DNA of 64,000 nucleotides from contig CM000432.1 of NCBI GenBank assembly GCA_000165345.1, positions 256,001-320,000 on the forward strand, in the 5' to 3' direction. Below the pieces are notes generated by a model. It was not told where the DNA came from and made no database searches. It was given only the letters and a program-made list of their open reading frames with translations. Every line of letters begins with the position of its first letter. Position 1 is the stretch's first letter. Shown piece by piece: positions 57,823 through 64,000 of the stretch. The position numbers were made by a program, and so were the translations under genes.

Positions 57823-60591
57823 TTATTTATATAATGCATGGAAATTATTTGGGAATACAATTTTTTGTTGAACAGCATCAATAGTTATAGGAGTTGGTAC
57901 TGGAGCAACATATTGAAGGTTGTTGTTTGTATTAGTATTTGGTACTATATTGATATTACCATTTAAAAGTGTAGTGTTAGTTGTGTTTTGAGTTGCATTC
58001 ATATTAAAAAAACTGCTATTGCTTCTACTATTAAGTAAGTTTGCCGGGTAGTACTGGTTGTTATTATTATTACTGGTATTATTCAATAGAGGTGTTGTGT
58101 TACTCCTTATTAAATTCGTATCAGTTGTTTTTAAATTATTAGCTTCTATATAGTTTGTAGGTTGCAAGTCTAAAAGTTTGACTTCAGGAGAATAAATTAA
58201 ATATGAATCTGTTTCATTGCTAGCCACATTCTTATTGATTGTGTTTATGTTCTTTTCTGTATTGCTACTCGCTTGAAATTCATTTATTGAATTAATTGTT
58301 TGAATTGTTGCTTTATAAGCTCTTACAATTGGGGCATTAGTTCCGTAATTGGGCTGATTATTTGATTCAATTATATTAGAATGTTCTATTTTTTGATCAT
58401 TTAAATATTTATCCACTGTACTGCTTTTGTTGCTAATGATAAAGGTTGAATTATTCACTAAATTTGTTGTTTTAACTTTAGGTACAATAGTTTCTAAATC
58501 ACTATTCATTTTTCTTAGATTTCTTTTGCTAAGAATATCAGCAGATATAATTGACTCATTATTCATGTATGAATCATCAAAAATACCCCCTTTTAAATTA
58601 CTCATTGAAATCAAATTTGTTTTTGAGTTGGTTCTATAAAAACTATTCGAGTTTGAATTATTATAATCATCAACTAATCTTTCTTTTGATTTTGTCCTTT
58701 TTTTTGATAGGCTATTAACTGTTGGTTTAGTAAAGTTAGATAATTGATCATTAACTTTGATATGCTCCTTTGAACTGGTTTTTGAATTATTAAAATCTGT
58801 ACCTTTGCCAGATTTAACTAAGTTCTTTCCATTTATTCTTTCGTTTTCTTGAACATTCTTCTGATCAGAAATTGTTTTATTTACTTTTTTTTCTGTTGTT
58901 TTATAATTTTGTAGTGATAAATTTGGTCTAGTATTACTCTTCTTAATCTTTTCTAATTCAGAAACATTCTTACTGATATTAGATTCATTTTTATGACAAT
59001 CATCTTTGTTATTTACGCATTTATCGTCTTCAATTTCTTCAGTAATTTTTTTAATATCATTGGTTGGTTTAGCAGTTTTCGTTATATCTTTATGGTCATC
59101 CTCGCTTTTATTATCGCTTTGTTTTTGAATAATAGCTAGTTCGTTATCATTTATCCGTTCATCAAAACTAGTTTCATATTGAGTTTTACTTTCATCCTTT
59201 TCAATCAATTCACATTCCGCATCTACTGGAGTAATAACCAAATGATGGTTATTAATTTGCTCCACTGGGTCTCGTGGAGTTGATATTGCGCTTTTAATAT
59301 GCTTACATTGAGAAAGGATATTCAATTTTGAAGGAATAGATGACCTCAACTCATGGAATCTTTTCTCTATTCCTGAAATAACTGAATTTTTCGGAACTTC
59401 TGTCTGATCGTTGTTGATTCTAAGTAATTCGGCACCACCTTTTAATATATTATTATTAATATTATAATCATGGCGCCTGATGTGTGCATGCATATTTAAA
59501 TAATTATTTTGATTATCGATTTCTTTATTAATAAATAATACTCGATTATCTTGTGATAATTCTTTAATATTTAATAGATTGGTATTGATTTGATCGTCTG
59601 TTAAAGCATTGTTATTTGGAAGTTCGCCACTATTCATTGAATCAAAAGTGTTATCTTCTTGATGAATAAGATTACCATATTTGCTTTTTAACTTCATTCT
59701 AAGATTAATAATTGAGTTATCTAATTGATCTTGTAATGAAAATAAAGTAAAGCTTAGTTTGTTGATTTCTTGATCTTTCTTATTAATTAAAAAAAAATCT
59801 CTATTAATTTGTTCCTTTAATTGTAAATTCTCCATATGTATGAGATTTACTTTCTTTCTTAATACAGATTCTAAATAGAAAGAATCTTCATCTTTTTTAT
59901 TAAGTGTATCAACATCTTCGATATGTCTTTGTAACAAATCATTCATTCTAAGAGTAAAGAAATGAACTCTATTTCTATTAAGCATATCAGTAATCATTTC
60001 TTTTTCCAATAAGAATTCATTATTTAAACTAACTCCTTTCTTTAATATCCTTAAATCCAATAATAACAATTTCAAGTAATCGTTACTTTTAAATATTCCA
60101 GAATTATTATCAGAACTAATCAATTGATTATTCAATAAACTTGAATCCAATAATTTCTTATCATTTTGCCTTATTCTCTCGATAAGAATATGTTTGTTTT
60201 CTTCATTACAATTCAATTCATTAAATAAATGTGTTAATTCACTATAATTTCTTTTAATTTCTAGCAAACTTTCATAGTTTTCCTTCTGAGTTTCATTTTT
60301 TGTTAGCTCTTCATTCAAAATTTTCAAAGTCTCTTTTTCGTTGTTTATATCATATTTCTCTAAAAGAGCTATAAAATTACTATTGTTAAATAATTCATAT
60401 ATTTTGCCATTAATTTTATCCTCCAACTGAATATATTTATCTGTCAGATTCATTCTACTTTCATTTTTATCATTAGCTTTCATTTCTTCCATTTTTGTGA
60501 TTTCTGAATCTTCTTGATTCTTTTTTTTAATCTTTGGTGTATCATATTCAATGATATCTTCTTCGTGAACTATTAATTTCTCTGTATTCAT
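57823..60591 (-). CDS. Hypothetical coiled-coil / low-complexity protein (922 aa)
   Basis: Real ATG. The N-terminal 350 aa are heptad-rich (KE/LN repeats), followed by an Asn/Ser/Thr-rich tail. No domain recognised. Confidence 0.6.
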   Translation of the reverse strand: MNTEKLIVHEEDIIEYDTPKIKKKNQEDSEITKMEEMKANDKNESRMNLTDKYIQLEDKINGKIYELFNNSNFIALLEKYDINNEKETLKILNEELTKNETQKENYESLLEIKRNYSELTHLFNELNCNEENKHILIERIRQNDKKLLDSSLLNNQLISSDNNSGIFKSNDYLKLLLLDLRILKKGVSLNNEFLLEKEMITDMLNRNRVHFFTLRMNDLLQRHIEDVDTLNKKDEDSFYLESVLRKKVNLIHMENLQLKEQINRDFFLINKKDQEINKLSFTLFSLQDQLDNSIINLRMKLKSKYGNLIHQEDNTFDSMNSGELPNNNALTDDQINTNLLNIKELSQDNRVLFINKEIDNQNNYLNMHAHIRRHDYNINNNILKGGAELLRINNDQTEVPKNSVISGIEKRFHELRSSIPSKLNILSQCKHIKSAISTPRDPVEQINNHHLVITPVDAECELIEKDESKTQYETSFDERINDNELAIIQKQSDNKSEDDHKDITKTAKPTNDIKKITEEIEDDKCVNNKDDCHKNESNISKNVSELEKIKKSNTRPNLSLQNYKTTEKKVNKTISDQKNVQENERINGKNLVKSGKGTDFNNSKTSSKEHIKVNDQLSNFTKPTVNSLSKKRTKSKERLVDDYNNSNSNSFYRTNSKTNLISMSNLKGGIFDDSYMNNESIISADILSKRNLRKMNSDLETIVPKVKTTNLVNNSTFIISNKSSTVDKYLNDQKIEHSNIIESNNQPNYGTNAPIVRAYKATIQTINSINEFQASSNTEKNINTINKNVASNETDSYLIYSPEVKLLDLQPTNYIEANNLKTTDTNLIRSNTTPLLNNTSNNNNNQYYPANLLNSRSNSSFFNMNATQNTTNTTLLNGNINIVPNTNTNNNLQYVAPVPTPITIDAVQQKIVFPNNFHALYK

Positions 60592-61140
60592 TTATTCTCG
60601 AACTTAATACTAGTATTCAAGCAAATAGACTCATATAGATCAATATAAATATAAATACATATACATGTATATATCTGCTACATATATATGTGTATATTTA
60701 AGATTATTATCTACTTATTTACCAGTTATTTATCAAATTGTATGTATATTGTTGGCTTAATTATACATTTAAAAAAAAATAGAAATTTTAATATTCTCTT
60801 TAGTCTTCTGTTTAAAAAAGTAAGCCAATTTCACGCATTAATGAGCTAAATAACTGTAAAACTTTTCTCTTGTCTTGTGGATCTATTCTTCCTGCAAATA
60901 TGAATATAAATTCTATGGATTTACTTATTTACCAATTATTTTAACTTAAATATAAATATCTCCCCACTTATATTGAGTTGTGCTTCTAAATAACAATTAT
61001 ACTATTAATGTATAGATCTTTTCTAAAAGATCGAAAGATAATAATAAGAAATAATTACAGTTAACTCTTTATCTTTAAATAAGATTTTATTACATAAATT
61101 AATCCTCACATAATATAAATGCAATTCTCCTCTCTAAATA

Positions 61141-61172
61141 CCGCCAAATGTGAGTTGTTTGCCCGCCAAATG
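61141..61172. promoter_or_regulatory. Tandem direct repeat CCGCCAAATG x2 (E2F-like) in a long divergent promoter
   Basis: CCGCCAAATGTGAGTTGTTTGCCCGCCAAATG. Another site CATTTGGCGCCACTAA is at 61541-61556. These serve the 60591 (-) and 61805 (+) genes. Confidence 0.45.
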
Positions 61173-61804
61173 TCCATTTTGAAATTCAATTCATCTAATA
61201 TAACAAAAATTAAAAATAAAGAAAAGCACTAATAATTAGATTATAATTGTTTTTCTTAAATTAATGTAAAGTAGATCAATTAGTGAAAAATAAAATACAT
61301 TTATACTACTCGACAAAATAATTATTTTTTTCTTGAATTTTTTTTTTTTTTTTTTTTGTAAAAATACTAATTATTTAAAAAAAAAGAAAAAAAAACAATA
61401 TTTTTAAACTTTATTTTAGTTATTTATTATTTAATTCTAGTACTATACATGAAAATAAACTTTAAATGTTAAATAATACTTATCTATTCATGTGGAAATT
61501 ATTCATGTTGTTTCCATATTTTTTATTTTTAGCACACAAACATTTGGCGCCACTAATTATTTAGTTGTATAATTTGAATTTATTACGGAAATATAAGTAG
61601 TCGATACTAATAAAGAAAATGAAAAAAAAAAATCCCATTAGTTTGTTTTGGAATTAATTATTAAATATGAGATTTTAACTTATCTTTTTCTTCTGTTTAA
61701 ATATAATTACTTGAACTGTATATTTTACATATATATATATATATATATATATATCTTCTATTAAAACGAAATATACCATAAGGGATTTGATAAAGTAGGA
61801 AAAA

Positions 61805-62624
61805 ATGAAGAATGAAGATCAATCAATAGAATTCTCCTTTACAAAACCACTCTATTTTGTTCTATATGACGTAATCGCAATTCCAGAAATTAACGAAAAT
61901 TTACATTTAAAATTTATTGAAGATCTATATTTGAAATTTAAATTAGGTCATAAAACAGTAGATGAAGCTCACGAACAAATAAGCTGTCAGTATACATTTA
62001 ATGTATATGAAATCTTATACATAGGAGAAAAATATGGGCATTACGATATCTTTTTTAAAGTGAAAAATTTAGTTGACGATATTAATAATACTTTTAGAAT
62101 TGTAAGTTAAATAATACAACATTATCTTTACTAAAATAAAATAATAATACTATCAGACATATGAAAATATATCTAATATTTACAATAAATTTCAGTTTAA
62201 TCAAGAAAATCTAATTCTCTTAAAGTATATAATATATAAATACTTTAAAGAGAAAAACTATATAGTTAAAGATGGAATGAAATTTGGAGTTGATTATATA
62301 TTATATCATAAAAGTCCATCTCTAGTCCATGGAAAGCATTGTATATTAATTTGTAAATTCACATATGAAGAAAAAGAAAAGAAAAAAGAAAATGGCAATA
62401 ATGATTATTGTTATAATAAAAGTGATCTATCAAAATATGATGGATATGAAGAAATTATTTACAATAATAAAAAATATATGGTAAAATTTCCTATTATTAA
62501 TTATAAAAAAATTATTAATTTATCGAGATTATGTGAGTCTGTTTCAAAAAAGCTTATTCTTGTTGAATATAACTCCAAAAATGATGAAATCCAAAGTCTA
62601 GAAATTTCCAGATTTTCTAGTTAA
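61805..62624 (+). CDS. tRNA-splicing endonuclease catalytic subunit (Sen2/Sen34 family), 2 exons: join(61805..62101,62196..62624)
   Basis: Exon 1 ends ...TTT AGA ATT|GTAAGT. A 94-nt intron ends aatttcag. Exon 2 FNQENLILLKYIIYKYFKEKNYIVKDGMKFGVDYILYHKSPSLVHGKHCILI carries the endonuclease C-terminal catalytic signature (G.KFG.DFLLY..P...H). The two track ORFs (61805..62110, 62277..62624) are in the same frame once the intron is removed. Confidence 0.75.
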
Positions 62625-63461
62625 TTACTTATATTTTTGTTTAAACCTTAAAACATCTTCTTTAGTTAATTTTTTCTTATTATTAATTAATATATCATCC
62701 ATTCTCTCCTTATTCTTCTTCTCTTCTGCTTTAAATTTATCGTGAATCTGTTTATCAGTAAATTCTGGAAAGACTGATTTTACCAGCATTAAATCTGTAC
62801 CAAATAGTGATAAGGCATCATAAAATTTATTGGTTTGTTCTGTTGACCATCTTTTACCCTTTGTTCTTTTATAAGCACCAGAATATGGTTGTAGGGATGT
62901 ACCAGCCATATTCTCATTAATATATACTCTTCCCTCCATTAGTCCAAGCCAATCCATTTGTTTTCCAGAACTATTGTTTAATAAATTTTCTTCTAAAATG
63001 ATATCTCCTTTACAATCTATTGATAATTTTGAATTACTATCACCATTCAATTTATCCATTGAAAATAACTCACTCAAAAAACTATTATTTGAATTATTTT
63101 CACCATTAATTCCTTCAAATAAATTTGAAGTTTTATTCTTATCCTCCAACTTTTTGTTTTCTTGTCCCGAATTTCCATCCAATAAGTAATTTAATAAGTC
63201 ACTTCCATTATTCTTAGTATCTGAAATTCCTAAACCTGATTGATTACTTGAAAAAAAAGTATTATCATTTGAATACCTGTCGCCAAAGCTATCATTTTCT
63301 GTTATACTGGTACTATTATTACTACCATCCAAATTTAATCCATCTTTTTCGCTATTCTGTTCATTTTGTTTTCTTTTTGATCTCCTCTTTCTATAAGCTG
63401 TTTTGATTACAATACTCCATAAAGTAGCATTATCTCCTCTTGTTGAATCATTTCCTGCCAT
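62625..63461 (-). CDS. SANT/Myb-like domain protein, probable TFIIIB B-double-prime (Bdp1)-like
   Basis: C-terminal KRWSTEQTNKFYDALSLFGTDLMLVKSVFPEFTDKQIHDKFKAEEKKN matches the Bdp1 extended SANT (kWs.eEte.Fy.AL..fGtDF.li..lFp.Rt..QIk.Kfk.Eek). The stop codon directly abuts the stop of the tRNA endonuclease gene on the other strand. Confidence 0.55.
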   Translation of the reverse strand: MAGNDSTRGDNATLWSIVIKTAYRKRRSKRKQNEQNSEKDGLNLDGSNNSTSITENDSFGDRYSNDNTFFSSNQSGLGISDTKNNGSDLLNYLLDGNSGQENKKLEDKNKTSNLFEGINGENNSNNSFLSELFSMDKLNGDSNSKLSIDCKGDIILEENLLNNSSGKQMDWLGLMEGRVYINENMAGTSLQPYSGAYKRTKGKRWSTEQTNKFYDALSLFGTDLMLVKSVFPEFTDKQIHDKFKAEEKKNKERMDDILINNKKKLTKEDVLRFKQKYK

Positions 63462-63844
63462 CTAATTACAATAATAACAATAATATTCGTAATATTAATA
63501 AACTTTTTTTTAATAATAATAAATAAACAATAAAATAAAACGACTAAACTTATTTTATTTACAATTCAATGTTAAATTAACTTTCTATAAACAACTTGAA
63601 AATCTTAACCTCATCTATATATTAGTGTTTAGCCGTATATTTAGCTTCAAATACACTTCAATTTTCGTCCTTAATCTTCTTATTATAGCTAAAATCCTAT
63701 ATTATTTAATAAATTTCATCTTTTTTCCTGCTTTTGATTTTTACTTTTTTCTTTCTCCTTATTTTAATTTATTATTCCCCAATTTATTTAATAATACTGA
63801 TATTAATAAATAATAATTATTTATATATTAATTACACTTCGAGA

Positions 63845-63861
63845 CTTTTGGCGCCATTTCC
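63845..63861. promoter_or_regulatory. E2F-like site CTTTTGGCGCCATTTCC
   Basis: About 385 bp upstream of the 63461 (-) ATG. Confidence 0.4.
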
Positions 63862-64000
63862 AAATGGTAAATATAGATTATTGCACAATTTATTTGAAAT
63901 TAAAATAGCGAAGAGAAGATAACAATATATAAAGAAAGGGACATTTTTAAGGGCTTTTGATCAATTATCCTATAAATTTGTTCACTTGTTTAAGCTATAT

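Noticed and set aside
63625-63922. Two overlapping plus-strand ORFs of about 62 aa near the window end
   Set aside because: They sit in an AT-rich promoter region upstream of the 63461 (-) gene. Their composition (poly F/L/I/N) is typical of non-coding AT-rich sequence, and one contains the E2F-like site.

Overview
This is a gene-dense, AT-rich (roughly 75% AT) eukaryotic nuclear segment read in the standard genetic code, with TAA/TAG/TGA stops and long intron-poor ORFs. A minority of genes carry short introns (46-105 nt, one tentative 337 nt) with GTAAGT-type donors and AG acceptors. The presence of an ApiAP2 transcription factor with three AP2 domains makes it apicomplexan. Nearly every divergent promoter carries GC-rich palindromic E2F-like sites (TTTGGCGCCAAA / GGCGGGAA) and TGCATGCA-type AP2 motifs, and the genome is compact with Asn/Ser/Glu-Gln low-complexity inserts. 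Together this points to a Cryptosporidium-like genome, but that is inference, not a database result. About 37 protein-coding genes are supported. Recognisable ones are poly(A) polymerase (truncated at the window start), a CSA/ERCC8-like WD40 protein, 3-exon phosphomannomutase, MCM7, a STE-like kinase with a disrupted C-lobe, eIF3g, a 6-exon beta-propeller-like gene, a MYND zinc-finger protein, a PDI with RDEL, BUD13, a START-domain protein, the ApiAP2, Sec12/PREB, two degenerate MBL-fold paralogs flanking a small 2-exon secreted protein, an RlmN/Cfr-like radical SAM methyltransferase, proteasome RPT2, UFD1, SF1/BBP, RRS1, RPL28e, a 2-exon tRNA-splicing endonuclease, and a Bdp1-like SANT protein. 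No rRNA, tRNA, CRISPR or transposable elements were detected. The ORF track used TTG/GTG as starts in several places, so first-ATG coordinates are given where checked.
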